DNA of 64,000 nucleotides, taken from Lytechinus pictus (Eukaryota). The notes below the pieces were generated by a model. The model was not told the origin of the DNA and did not search any database. It was given only the letters and a program-made list of their open reading frames with translations. The position numbers were made by a program, and so were the translations under genes. Every line of letters starts with the position of its first letter. The first letter of the stretch is position 1. The stretch covers positions 25,236,001 to 25,300,000 of the forward strand of contig NC_087251.1 of assembly GCF_037042905.1 (NCBI RefSeq), written 5' to 3'. Of the stretch, positions 13,957 through 40,300 are shown piece after piece.

Positions 13957-14334
13957 AGTGATTGGTTAACATTGGTTTGACTTTTAAAAAATATGAGCTA
14001 GAAGGTCACACTTGTCACCTGTGTCTGTGATATGTTACAAAAATGAAGCCCAGAAAAAATTGCGTTCGAAAATAATTATTTAGTGCTTCAAAAATTGAAA
14101 TATGAAGTGACCGAAAACACCATCTTAATTTCATCCCATACACTTATGTGTACTATTTAGGCATCTATAAGACGCCTATTTACAAAATCGGGGTTTGCCT
14201 TGTAGTTTTAGCTTTTCATTCTCAATAATGGTTGTTTTCAGGGTTTATTAGTTCTAATACATGCACTTGTATACATGTTTCATCTTGGTTTGATAATTCT
14301 TTAAATCGGCTGCTCACAAAGTTAAACAATACCT
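13957..14334. mobile_element. Kolobok-like non-autonomous element
   Basis: TTAA on both sides; short imperfect TIR AGTGATTGGTTAAC / GTTAAACAATACCT. Confidence 0.7.
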
Positions 14335-15627
14335 TTAAATTCACATAGCTATTCCCTGCCGATAGAGGGGAAAGTAGGTCGAGGATGAGAGACAAAGATT
14401 CCTTAATGAATTATTGATGTTTGCTTTTATTTTCGTAATCAATAAGCAAAAACCCTCTATTCTCTCGTGAAAATATTGTTCGATCTTTTCACACGGCGTT
14501 CCTTGGTAGGGTAAAATCGTGGGTAAAACCTTTTTTATATCATGGGTGATCATTAGGCCAAATATTAATGAAGTCTGAAAACAATATCAAACAACAATCA
14601 ACTAATGACTTCTCAATAAATGAAAGACAACGAATAAACAACTTTAAGGATAGATCCAATTGGTTAAAAAGATGTTTAAATATAGCAACGCTTTCTTAAT
14701 ATATTTTTATTGTTTGTCTGTTTTCTTTTATTAGGGGGAGATTGTAAATTAACCACACTATAATGATAGTTTGTACTTCCCATTCCCTCCCATAATATGG
14801 CTATTAAAGTGACCTCTTGCAACGTATGCCATTTTGCACGGGTTAAACAAAGCGATATAATTTTATGTAATCATATTTTATTTTTTTACATAATGAGATG
14901 CCCGAAGAAATTATATTAAAAACATAACTCTCATTAACACCTCGATGAATAACGATACCTTTTCCCTTTGTATTCTTATCTCTAACAATATCTTACTCTA
15001 GTTTGAACTAATACAATAACATTAGATTAAAAAAAAAAATAACGAAACGATTAATGAACTTAATATTTGCATGGAGAGACGTATATGATGCACGATATGC
15101 TTTATATTTCTGTTTGTGGACTTAGTAAAATATTGCATTTATTCCTGAAGTGCTTTGTAAATATATTTGGTTGGTCTTTTGTTAGTCTATATTCTATCAT
15201 ATTACACATTGTGATAAAACATGTATAATGATCGATGTAATGTACACTTCTGACGAGCGCTCTATACGATTGTGATATATTTCTGATGGCAGATTGTTAT
15301 CTTTCGATATATGCAGGCATACCCACACACATGACACCTGTGGAATAAGAGTCTGCACGCTTCTAAACCACTAATGATCAGATGATTGGCATCAAACAAA
15401 CCACGGAATAATTATCTTCATGCTGGACACGTGAATTATCTGAAAGTTCACATTATTGACCGTCGGCTCGTATATCAAAGCTTTAATAATTGATTATTCA
15501 CTGTGGTGCCATGATGATCCATCATTCTCAACCAAAATATCGAGGAATAATAATCGTATCGAGTGTTAGATTTACTGCCAGATAACTTGGAACTCATCGA
15601 CGGAGGTTTTAGTTTGGAGCACTGAGC

Positions 15628-27760
<12,133 letters not shown>

Positions 27761-28205
27761 TTACAGCTGTTATGATTTTTTAATTACGTGTTTTAATTTT
27801 TTTATTATTATATTGTATTGTGTTAAAACAATCAGAGAAATCCATTATATTTTGCTTTTGTCCGTTGAGAAGACGACAAAAGATTATGGTGTTGTTTCTC
27901 CGTCACTCATTCTCATTTTTTCAAATATATCATACTAAAATTTTGTCTCCAAAGTTTGGATTAGGCCTACATTGGATTATGATTGAAAATTTTCAAATCT
28001 TAGGAAAGTGTAGTTACTGTTATGGTATCATTTTTGTTGTGAAAAATTATAGCTAATTTGCGGCCTTTATACGTTTTAGAATGTTCTTTCAAAATGTAAT
28101 TATCATGTTGCTCTAATTGTAAATAGAATGTAATTAACAAAACGTATTTATATGTTTCTTTGAATTTGTATACTCTTTGTTAGATTAACGTTTGTTGTAA
28201 TTTTA

Positions 28206-28211
28206 AATAAA
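28206..28211 (+). promoter_or_regulatory. Candidate polyadenylation signal of GALNT7-like gene
   Basis: AATAAA about 445 nt after the stop, at the end of a T-rich UTR-like stretch. Confidence 0.4.
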
Positions 28212-28630
28212 CATGTTACCTATAGAACGAAAAGGATTACAAAAATCTTGCCAATGTACAGAAAATATATGAAAAATGGGTTTCAGTAACATTCCTTATT
28301 TTCATGTAAATGTTAATGTTTTCTTTTTTAGTGATACTATTATTTAATTAATTGCTTGACTACTGAAGCAGCATTTTTGACAGAACCATGAGGGGAGTTT
28401 TATTTTATATATCACAATCGGTAATCTTGAAAATCTTGTCGTGCACTTTTAAAATTCGAAAGAAATGTGGTTTGACAAGTTAAAACATCTACCTGACTTG
28501 TAACAATTGTATCTCTAACAATATTGATTCAACTCTCGCATGATACACACACAAACAAGATATAAAAAATCGTGTAGATTTGAAGGCAGACATTCCTTTG
28601 ACTAGTTTAACAACTGGCAAAATGGTGGTC

Positions 28631-28681
28631 AACCCTTCCGGATTCCCAGTTGTGACTCACAACTGGGAATCCGGAAGGGTT
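28631..28681. repeat. Perfect palindrome, 25-bp arms, 1-nt spacer
   Basis: AACCCTTCCGGATTCCCAGTTGTGA-C-TCACAACTGGGAATCCGGAAGGGTT. Confidence 0.97.
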
Positions 28682-31600
28682 ACTTGTGACGAGGCCCCTG
28701 CTTCGCAAGCAAATTAATTTGGATATCACAAGTAGTGAAGTGAAACCATTTTGTCTATGATTAGTGAATATATACGATTTCTCTTATATGTACAACAGTA
28801 AGTTACCTCAATATTCTTCCTTCTGTAATTACAATTACTATAGCAGTTTACCTCATCTCCAAGTGAGTGGGCCAGCCTGTATAAATTCATTACCCTTCTC
28901 TATATACACGCTCTGTTAAAATATGTTAGGTATCAGCTGATCTGTATGTAGCAGCAGGTCACATTTCAACGTCTTTAATTAATGGAAAACCTCTTCTTAT
29001 CAAAATCAGTGTATCTTTAAAGATTTCATAGAACTATACTTTCATCAACGCTGTATTAATGTATATCATGAAATAAAATCATTGCTGCTTTTGTATCAAA
29101 AGCATTTTGCTTACTTTGGTTAATTATTAACTACTGCAATTCTCACTCACCCCTTCTTTCCCCGTCTCATGCTATATTTCCCCCCCCCCCCCTCTCTCTC
29201 TCTCTCTCACATCTCCTTTGAATAATGATCTTACTGTCTCTCTCCCTTTCTGTAATTTATTTTCTACTTACAATTTTTGTTTACATATTTTCAGATTTAT
29301 ATGATATGAACATGCATTAATTTAATAAATATACATCTTTGAAGAAAAAATAAAGTAAAAAAGTCACATTCACTCCATGCGATTGCCAACATTTAATGAA
29401 ATAGATTCCAAAAATGGATCCATTAATGTAGAAGTCATTCATTTTTTTTACAATTTGCATTACTTTCTTTCCCATAAACAATTTGTACAACCGCCATGAA
29501 AAGATGGCAAAATTAAAATCATTAGTGACCTTTTGTTTTCAAAACAAAAGTTAATATAAAATAATATAGCTTAATATATTAACACTGTCAATTAAGCATT
29601 ACCATTAATCTCCAAGTACATGTACGTAATATAAAAGGAAAGAACACAGAAAATGATGTTCTAGACATTTTAAAACTTAAAACACTACTCAAGTCCGTCC
29701 TATAATATTTATTCAAATGTTGATGACTATCTTCTGTCTGTCTGTAACTTCGCTGGAGATGGAATTCATAATTCATTATCACAAATTCAAGAATTAATGC
29801 TCTTGTTTTTACAGCATTCACGGTCTCGATAAAGGCCTATTCAACCATCCCTATTCCTTGTCTTTTTCTTGATCAAATTCACAAAAACATGAAAAGTATA
29901 TCAATGAACATTAAGGGAGAGACTACTGAAATATCCAATATCGAAGAATAAAATCAAGGCACAATTCAATCATATTATTTTGCCATAAGGTGCTCAACTA
30001 TACCTTCAATCTAGCATGCTGAACTCTCATTACATTGATGTCTAGTAAAGTTATGACACAATTTCGGCTAAACTGGCTAACAATGCTTATGAATAAAAGC
30101 CTTTAAATTCGTGTGTTGCCCTATGATTAACTTCATATATCTCTATAAAATTGGTTGCAATAAATATTCTCATGAAAAATAACATTATCATACCAGCAAA
30201 ACATTGCACATGATTTTCCAAGTAAGCCCAAGCCATGTTCACATATTATAGAATAAGCAAAACTAACAGAAAATGCATGTACTACAAAAATAGAACTGGT
30301 ACTAAGGTCCTATAATTTATTACACTTTGTTATATGTGTGTACAGACATCTGGTTTTTTTTTCAATGTAAAACTTCACTTTGTTCTATTTTTTTGTTTTT
30401 GTTTTTGTTTTGCAAATGAATCCTTCTTTACATCCTATGTGAACAAGGCCAAGCTGGATAATGTTACACTGTAAAAGTAGTTTTCAAATGCTGAATTGTG
30501 CCAAGTGAGGATTTGAATTTAAAGTGCAGAAGACTGAATCTGCTTTGTACAAGATGGGCTTGTTGGAACCAAGAGACTAGATGGACAAATCATGATGAAA
30601 ATATATCTCCTCCAAAGTCTTCTCTAAAGAATTGTACATAATTAGTTAATTTGCATGTGTATTAAAGGGAATCATAATACACAGTTTTACCGGTTCATTC
30701 ATTAGTTCTCTCTGCTTTTTTATGAACAACAATTCAAATAAATACAGATAAGTCTGCAACAAATCAACCTTCCCCACATCAAATAATGTCTTACTTCAAA
30801 GCAATTTATGTTCATGTCATACCACAATGCAAATATTATTTATTCTTCAATGTTGAAATTCTTCTATTGGAATGGATTCACATGGTCCAGAGGTATTCCA
30901 CTTAGAATTACCTGTACATTACTCTCATGGCAAGTGTAGATTGCTTTCTTTTTATTTTCATTTTTCTTTTTCTTATTATAGTGAGGAAAATACAGAGAAT
31001 TATTTTAAAGGAAAGCAGACCAAAATAAAGTAAAGAGTCTATAATAAGTAAAGACTAGAAAATATTGAAGGTGATAAAACCTCATGAGAGAAACGAAAAT
31101 GAAAATAGCATTTTCCTTGATTTATTACCCACATTTTACATTATCTTATGGCAACACAATACCCAACACGTACAAAAAGATGTGTCTAGCACACCTTCAC
31201 TCCAAGACCAATGTGTGTGTGTGTACCAAGTCTTGTGAGCACTGGGTGAAAACTGAGGAAGTAGTTTTCCTCAGCAAGATTTGCAACCATACACCAAATC
31301 CCACAATACCTCCTTCAAGATTTATACGAGGGAGCATAAATATGAAATTATTTTGTGCTTTTTATAATTTAAAATACTACTCTTTGAAATTAGAGAATTC
31401 TTATAAATGCAAAACATGGGAAAATTACATATAAGTGAAATCTTAAATGCATGTAAAATCTTACAGATACAAAACAGTACAAAATAATTATATTCTATTG
31501 AAAGTGACACTAAATTCATATTTGGCACATTAAACATGTTTAAATCTATTGTCCATCACAAGAGCTTTTATTTGTTGGGTCCAAATCGGTCATAGACAAG

Positions 31601-31996
31601 TCAAAGACTAAGTTAGAAACACTTGTGTCCGAGACACAAGACACAATCACCGTCTCAAGACGCGTCTCTACACAGTCTGAAGTAAAATAGTGAAATCAAC
31701 TCGTCAAAGAAAACTGACAGAATGGTCATCATAAAAATATAATGGGTGAAGAAAAATTTAAAAAGTCCTAATGGTACACCACAAGAATACCTGTTCAAGA
31801 AAATATCAAACAGAGCATTCACATTATCAAAAATACAAACATTTATTATCTTGATGTAAATACTTCCGCTTAATATCTTTGCTGTTCTATTCTTATCAAG
31901 AGAAAATATGAATTTGGTAGTATATTAGAGTAAATCAATTATATATTATCAATCTGATTAGCATTAAGTGGAGATGATACAAAAATGCATACAATG

Positions 31997-32090
31997 AACA
32001 TTCTCCCATGCTTGTATTCAACATTATTAACATTCCAAAATATTATTAACATTCTCCCATGCTTGTATTCAACATTATTGACATTCAAAA
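31997..32090. repeat. Tandem duplication, period 51 bp
   Basis: aacattctcccatgcttgtattcaacattatt occurs twice. Confidence 0.85.
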
Positions 32091-32434
32091 TTCAATTTTG
32101 CAGAAAATATAGCTATCATCTACATGTATCAAGATATCACATTTCTTGTCTTAATGAGTATTAACATGTCTTCATTTGTAAATTTGTATTTCCAGTTTTA
32201 GTACTTAGAGGAAATTTGTTGAAAGATCATGCATAGATAAAATTTTGTTCTTCAATTCAATTTTAGTGGAGAATAATGCTAATATCTTATAAGGAACCAC
32301 CACAATGAAAAGAAAAAAAATATCAGAAGGTATTAACTTAAAAAAAAAAACACCTCATAACTATATCTCAATTATACATAACTGGCAGGGGAAATGCTGA
32401 TAGTGGAACTACAATAAACTTCATTTTTTGTTAA

Positions 32435-33888
32435 AGGGGAAGTTCACACTGACAAAAAGTTGATTGTAAAAATAGCAACAACAAAAAAAAAAAAATTGCT
32501 GAAGGTTTGAGGAAAATCCACCAGAGAATAAAAAAGTTAGAATTTTAATCCTTTGATTTGTGATGTCATATGCAAGCAGCTTTCTTACATAGCTTATGGT
32601 TAGAAATCAATGACATGTCAATTTCTCAGAAAATGATTATTACTGTACCTTCAGTATTTCAATAGACAAATGATTTCATACCTGTTCCTAAGAAAAAAAC
32701 AAAAATAAGTAATCATGAACCATTCAAAAATTGAAATTTATGCATTTTATATTATACAGTGCATATAAAAAAAAGTTTACACTTTGAAAAAGCCCTGGGA
32801 ATTAAAAAATATACATGTGGGTAATTTTTTCACATATTATCTTGAGTTTGGGTCTCATATATCCAATGAAAGCAAAAGTTTTGACAGAATGTTACACTTG
32901 AGTGAGCCCTGTCCATTTTTGTAAAGCTCGCAGAAATCTGTTTGCGCAGAAATGCTTGTTTTCACGCTGTGTCAAGGGGAAAGGGTGAAATCAAACTTAC
33001 CCTGCGAAACATTTCTCATACATTTCCCTTGCACTTTTAGTCAATTAAAATAAAACGGATACATTCAAGCATTTTGTAACAATTTTGCCACCCAAATTGA
33101 AATTTCAACACTTAGTAAGCACAACCTTTACCCTTTTTGTGCCAGCTGGATCTGAGGACAACTGAATCTCAACAAAAGTTTATATCAGACATCTCCAGTA
33201 TTTTTTCACTAAGTTTTTATCATTTAAAGTGGGTTTACATTTCATTTTTCATTTAATACTTGTTTCTCCACACTTTTTCCAAGCTTGACAATGATTAACA
33301 AAATGAAAATCAAGCCATTTCATGTAAATCACAGCTCAGTGTAAAGTAAATATCGTCATGATGGCCTCGGTGCATGGGGGAGTGGGGTGGCGCGCAATGC
33401 ACTCTTCGAAGTGTTTTGGGAAAGGAAACAAGTAAAAAAGGTAAAAGATATCTTCAAATCAATTTTACTAGCTAAATTCCACGTGTTCTTCATGATTAAG
33501 GTCTACTTTTATTCGCATAACTATTTCAAAGTTCTGTGCAAATCATTTTTCACTAACTTTTCAAAAGTGGTGCTCACTCAAGCGGAAATATTTTTCAACA
33601 GTTTTATCGTCATTTGCTTAAATGGATCTGTACCAATGTTAAAATGTGGAAAAAGCTTCAGGATATTACAAATGTATAATTTTACAGGTTCTTTTCTAAG
33701 TGTAAACTTTTTTTTGATACGCACTGTATAACTTATGGGCAGCTGCTCGTTTATGACATCACAAATCTAAAACTTAAAATTCTAATATCTTTCTTAATCT
33801 TTAATGGATTTTCCTCAAAAATTCACCAATATTTTTTTATTATTCTGCTATTTTGACAACAAACTTTTCTTCAGGGTGAAATTCCCCT
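32435..33888. mobile_element. Kolobok-like MITE family B interrupted by a Tc1/mariner MITE
   Basis: TTAA|AGGGGAAGTTCAC...GTGAAATTCCCCT|ataa; homologous to 20531-21040. Confidence 0.85.
32757..33726. mobile_element. Tc1/mariner-type non-autonomous element
   Basis: TA|CAGTGCATATAAAAAAAAGTTTACACTT ... AAGTGTAAACTTTTTTTTGATACGCACTG|TA. Confidence 0.9.
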
Positions 33889-34810
33889 ATAATAAAAATC
33901 ATCCTTCCTTATCAACCAGAAGCTGCATTAGTTTATACCTGGCAGTTTTGCCTGCATTATGGATATCTATATAGCAGCAATATTGACTTTGTGAAATTAT
34001 CTTCTTCTTTTGTTCACCCTTTGAATATAATCCGATTAGTATCTGAAAATATGTACATATCATTTTTACATATACTTCAGACATATTTTCCTTATATACT
34101 AGTACAAGTAAAGTGTCCCAAGGAATTATACGTACACCTAAATCACTGTAAAAGGAAAAGATGAAATATGATGGAACAAATAAATTTTCCAACCTGTCCT
34201 TCATAAATAAGCAGTTCATAAAGTCGAAAGAATTGCATATAAATGAAAGAGAAAAGTATAGCCTCTGTTTTTTAACTAGTGGCTAATTGTGATCAATCAT
34301 GCATGAATGATTATGAATCATTAAATGTAGTAATGCATATTTCCGGACCTTGCTGAGATAGGTTAAACATTATTAGCACATGTTTCAATGATCATGATTT
34401 ATTTCTTCTTTTTTTTAATAGATGAAATATCCAGTCATTTGATATAAAATTCTTGGTATTTCAAATATGAATTACTTATATTGTAAATGTTTTTAAACAA
34501 ATAAATATTTTACTACCGTGACCCATTGTCTTTTGTACAGGGGTTGGTAATTAGATTAATGTTTTACAATAAATCTGTCAAAATGAGTAATATCAACAGA
34601 AATGGAAGGCTTTAATCTCATCTCCATGACAAAAGAAGAAAAAAGTCATGGTCACTGAATCATTGCAAGTTGCACTTTAATGCTCACAGGTCTGATAATC
34701 TGCACTATTGCATTTAATGATTCTTAATCATTCATGCCTAATCACAAATTGCAACTCGGTGCAAAACAAAGGCTACGCTTTTCTCATACAACGTATATAA
34801 TAACCAAAGA

Positions 34811-35244
34811 CAGTACAAGGGGGAAGACTGGACATCTTCGGCGATTTTTTGAGATTCTCAATTTCGCTCAAGGGGAAGGGCGCCAACAAGCATTGAGTGA
34901 GTAAACCTTCACAGAGTGAAAGTGGCTACATGTATGTATAAAACATATGGGGAAAATGAGAGTGAGAGAGAGAGAGAGCACAAGGGCGGTGCATGGGGGT
35001 AATTCCACCTTTTCTTTCCCAGAAACCTCTAAGATATATTCATTTCCAATTTTAGAACAAAAAATTGAAAGAAAAAAAATGTAAAAATCGTATATTCCTT
35101 CACCCCTTTGCCATTTCTCTTATATGTTTGTACACAACCAAACATGGCGCTACGCAACTGTCTACTTTAGTCAAGGCTATCGGGCGCTCTCCCCAAGTGT
35201 TTCATTACGCCCTATATTAACTCTCCCGTCTTCCCCTTGTAGTG
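34811..35244. mobile_element. CACTA/EnSpm-like MITE
   Basis: TIR CAGTACAAGGGGGAAGAC / GTCTTCCCCTTGTAGTG; no TSD evident. Confidence 0.6.
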
Positions 35245-35389
35245 CCCATGTGATAACCAGGTTGTGAATTTTAGCGAAGTTCATCTTCTTCTTATAAAGT
35301 GAGAAGATTCATAGAGACATTGTACCTGCTTGAAGTGAATATGAAAACGAATGGATTTGATCATTTACTTTTCAAATGAGAAAATGTGT

Positions 35390-35770
35390 TTGCATCTCGG
35401 TCTTTGACCTGAAATGAACTGACATTTTATTTTACTCTCATGACGGCAATTGATACTCCTTAGGTACAAAATCAATGGGAGATGAAAAGAATAGGATAAA
35501 TCAAATGGCTGATTAGAGAAAACTAAATGTTGGGTTCTTGGAAATTGCAGTATATTGACCTCAAATGATCATTGACCTTCCTTTTGTATCCTTAATGGAT
35601 GCTAAATGACCAGTCACACTTGATTACCATGTTCATGTTTCATGAGTTATAACATTTAAAGAACATAATGTACTCATAGGTTAAGATTTTCAATGCTGAC
35701 ATCAATGCGACCATCAGAAAAGAGGCATCTTATCTATGTCTTGCTTATGCCACAAAGGCAGGACGAAAAC
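35390..35770 (+). mobile_element. Degenerate Helentron/HINE-like repeat
   Basis: Internal TGACCT motifs and a 3' hairpin-like ctatgtcttgcttatgccacaaaggcaggacgaaaa; family assignment from recollection only. Confidence 0.35.
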
Positions 35771-37197
35771 CACCTGGTAATAATTACCATGGTATCATTA
35801 TAAATTCATGAGGAAGATTCTAAACAAATCATCTGTGGGGAGCATACACATGACCAGGCAAAGTGTTCATGAAACTTTTCGATAATACCTATCCAAAAGG
35901 CTAGGGCAAAATTCATTTTCAAAGGAACCTGGTGGATAAGAATTGGTACATGGAACAGCACTGTCTGTTATGTCTGGTAGAATATATTTTATTTGTATGG
36001 TTTATGAAAAGCTGATAATAATGTTCACATGAAATAAAATATAGATTTCTCTGACATTGGGTGATATTCTCAAAGAATTGGTCTAGTAAACCCTAGGATA
36101 ACTTCAGACTTATGAAGCACCAGCTACCAACTCATTTACCAAATACACTAATACTGTAGTGAAAATTTGTCACAAGAATGAGTTTTGTGAAATGAGAAGG
36201 ATGATGAAAGATTTCCAATAAATTCCTTTGAATCTTTGGTACATTATCTTTTTCATGAAAGATGAATGTATTGGAGATATTGAAACAAGGCATTTCATAG
36301 AAATGTAGAATAAATTTTTCATTTAATTTGGATTTAAACCTGGGAATAATTGTGAGTGTACCACACATCAAAGCTCATGTCAAGTGGTGCCATGGTTTTA
36401 CACTGTGAATAAGATTAGAATATGAGCAATCTTGTTTTATCAGTACATTTCCTTCAGACTATATAAATTTCAGCTGCCAGTTATGTTATAACGCTAGTTC
36501 ATAATTTATCTATTTGCACCTTAAGAATTGCCAATAGAAATCAGGAAAATCATTTGGGATGAAAATCCTATTGAAAGGTTTAGAACCAGTAGGGCTATAT
36601 TTTCCATCAATGATTAACGATGAAGAATATGTCCTTTTGTATTTAATTTTAAAAGTGAAACAACATACACATTTTTTAATGTCCTAGGTGGTGTTTAAAA
36701 TAAATCTGATCAAAATTGATGCCAGTTGTTTGTTCAGCAGTGCTTAACTAAAAAACATGTAAATGTAGAACAATTAAAAACACAAACTTTCAAGAAAAAA
36801 GAATGATTATCCTTTGTGTTTTTTAAAGTTAACTTTTACAGGGCATTTTATAAATGTAAGTCATTACCATCAATATTATTATTACACTTATAATCATGGT
36901 AATGCAACCAGCAAAATTTCTTGAAATTGCGAGTTTATATGCATTTCTGATGTCCTCTGGAAATCGTGCTCCAATTCTGTGTTAAAATGCATGTAAAACC
37001 ATTCAGTTTTGTCACAAAGTGCATACCAATTTCCTATTCATGCAGCGGGTACAAAGTTTGCGATAACGATGGATCTGGAAGCCTTCTACATGCTCATGAG
37101 GTACTGACAGCAACACGTAACATGTCTTGCTGTATGGTTGCCAATGTGGTTGCGTAGCTACAACTACAATGCTAAAGTTGCAGGTATTATAATGCTC

Positions 37198-37335
37198 TCA
37201 TTGTAGCCAGAGTTTGAGTCTTAGTGCATCCACACCATTAAGATAGTAGCGAAATAGTCTCTTATCTCTCACAAAGCCAAGGTTTTGATAAAGACGCAAG
37301 GCAGGCTTGTTGGTGATCTCTGTCTCTAGAACCAC
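37198..37335 (-). CDS. NAA30: NAA30 coding exon 4 (stop)
   Basis: tgtctag|GTG...[51 protein letters not shown]. Confidence 0.96.
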   Translation of the reverse strand: MVLETEITNKPALRLYQNLGFVRDKRLFRYYLNGVDALRLKLWLQ

Positions 37336-40300
37336 CTAGACAAAAAGAGGAAAAAATAGCAAATGGTATTACAATCCAGCTCAATACTAAATTCATAAAA
37401 AACACCATAATACTAAATTCATAAACACCACACATAATATTTATTTCCAAATCTATTTTTACAAGAACAGTCACTAGTAATGAATAATGAATAAAAATCA
37501 TTAAAAAAATTATGTATAACTGATTCTCACCTAAATAATTGGTTAGATTTAGATCATCTTTTTTTATCCATCCCTTTTCAAATACTAGTATCACATCTCA
37601 AGAATGAACCATTTTCAGTTATATGTACTGTACATAAATAATAGTTACATTCATATAGCACTTAAAGGGGAATCCAGCCTTGGCCATATAATGTTGTGTC
37701 TGGAAGAAGAAAAATAAATTAAACAGAATGATGAAAGTTTGAAAGAAATCGGACAAGCAATAAGAAAGTTATAGCTGCTTTAAAATTGAGATCGCTAATA
37801 CTATGTAGATTTCAAATTGACAACTGGGTAAGTAAATGATGACAAGGGGCAAGGACAACTTTCCCATAGGCCATGTACTTTATTATCAGGGATTTGTGGT
37901 TTTCTCCTAAGTACCCATTCCCCTGGGGCAGTAATCTAAATATAACCCAAGTAGTATATTGTTTTATGTCCTCATGAAAGAAAATATAATTTGAAATAAA
38001 ACTTTTGGGAAAAATGACATTTCAGCCAGAATATGTATTGGAGTACATGGAAGAGTAGTCCTTGCCTTACATCACTATGACATCACACATATGGCCAATT
38101 TGAAGTCTCCATGGGTATAGTGATTACCAATATTTACAACTTTTAAAAATTCATAACTTTCTTGTTGTTTGTCCAATATTGTTCAAACTTTTACCTATCA
38201 CCTCGTCTGATTTTTCTTTTCCTTACAAAAACAAGTTTTTATTTGGGTTGGATTCCCCTTTAATATGCAATGTTTATAAGCACTTTACATTGTAGCGGGT
38301 AAATATTAGTACCCCGATCATCGGATCCTGACATGCTCGCACAAAATGTATGCACATTCTCCACTCCCTGAGGAGCATTCCAATAACACTTCCAAGACTC
38401 AATTGCTGGGCATACCATAAAATATGCTTTCACATCCTACTAGGTACTCATATACATATAACACCTGGGTGGAGAGTGGCAAAATGCAGATTTACCCCTT
38501 CCCAAATGATGCTAGGCCATGGTTGGATTCAAACAAACAACCCTCTGATTACCAGGCGAGAGTCAAAATCGCTACACCATGATGTTTCCACACGTATATA
38601 ATGACCTCCACAGTCCTAAAATCATAATGCCCACACATAGCAACCAAACTTCAGAGCGTGGAGGCATGAAAGACATGCTGCATTAAAGAAGACAATTTAC
38701 CTAGGTGTTAGGATAGTTTCGCATGCTTGATATAAAACCACTTGGTCATTCTTTATTCGGGCAGGACCCTTTTGGTCGTGTTTAATTTTGTCTGACGATT
38801 GGTCTAGTCACCAGGTGTAAATAGCGTGTAATGACCACCTGGGCTGATTAGGGCTTACTATTTCATCTAAAGCTGAATGACAAAATAAAATAAAGGCATG
38901 AATGAGTTGGATTTAGTGGGTTCAGCCCTGGTACTGGATATTGAACAAATTGGTTATCAGGCCAAGGCGAGATGAAACAAAATCATGTAAATTTATTATA
39001 GACAAAATGGAGTTGGTCTATTTCGAAGTTCAACAACATGTAAGTGTTAATTAGGCCAAGTTTATGTACCAAGGATAAAAAAAATTGTAAGATTCACCTC
39101 ATCACATTCTCCTCTCACCATTGCACGGATTGCTTTCTTGACAAGACTTGAACCTGTAGAATAACACATCCATTTAAAAAGAAATATGTGAAGACCTCCA
39201 TGAACAAAAATATAAAAATAACTACAATTAATTAACCCTGGTATCCTCATTAGTTAAGAACCTGCTGTACCTGTGCGCCCTACGTATGATCACATGTTAT
39301 CATCACTCGTCTCCAATGAAATGCAGAATGCCTAGCTAGAAGACAGAGGGGTCCCATTTCTTTTAAGCATGGCGGCAATCCAAGGGATTCGCCCCCCTCC
39401 CCCACCTTGAATTTCAAATTTTGTACAGCAGCCTACATGTATGGGAGAGGGTTGTCAAATTTTCACAAAGAATCACCAGATGAAATACATGATTTGCCAT
39501 TTGTGCTCAAAAGTTAGTGAACCACACACCACAAAATGCACTCCTTCATACTGAGAGTTGAATAGACAACAACACTACAAGGTGCGGCGAGCCAACAGAA
39601 ACAAACTTCATTTATTGTAATATATTTTAGATATTGTAATATATCACCTGACTTGGCAACATGAAAACTTTAAATATGTATACATGTATTTTCTTGGTTT
39701 CATGACATTTGCTCTGGCGACAATTGCTCCGATGGAAAATTTGCATGTTAAGCCAATCATAAAACACAACCACCATAACTAAATAAACCCTAATTCTTAT
39801 CTTTACATTATTCTGAACCAAAAACTCTATTGCAATCCCAACTCTAACCCTACAGTAGGCTACAGTGTATGCCCTCTGAGATATTAAGAGAGGAAAAAAT
39901 GTCGCAGGAGCAAATGTCGTGTCACCATTTTCTTGTGGGGTTCAATAACTTTTGAGCACCACTGTACATGTATATCCAACATCCAGATTATAAGTAAGAT
40001 TGGAATGTTTCTTGAAATTCAAATAATTCATCTATTGATCCTTTAACAACTTTGCTTCAAAAATGCTGAGATGACAGGAATATCTGGGTTTAACAACAAA
40101 AGCTGATTCAACATATGTCTTGTATGTACATAACAAACTTTCAATTGGTTTTATACTATTAATAAATATAATGAATTCCAGACTTGCAGACAAGTCTCCA
40201 TCCACCCCTCTAAAAAACATAACAAGAATTTGAAAAATCATCAAAATACATAAATACATTGATTAATTAATCAATGAGAATAAATTAGTAAATAAATAAA

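Noticed and set aside
33387..33731. Transposase ORF in the Tc1-type element
   Set aside because: No HTH or DDE motifs; non-ATG start; element is non-autonomous
39770..39852. Interstitial telomere
   Set aside because: Only a few degenerate units, all inside a TSD-bounded MITE
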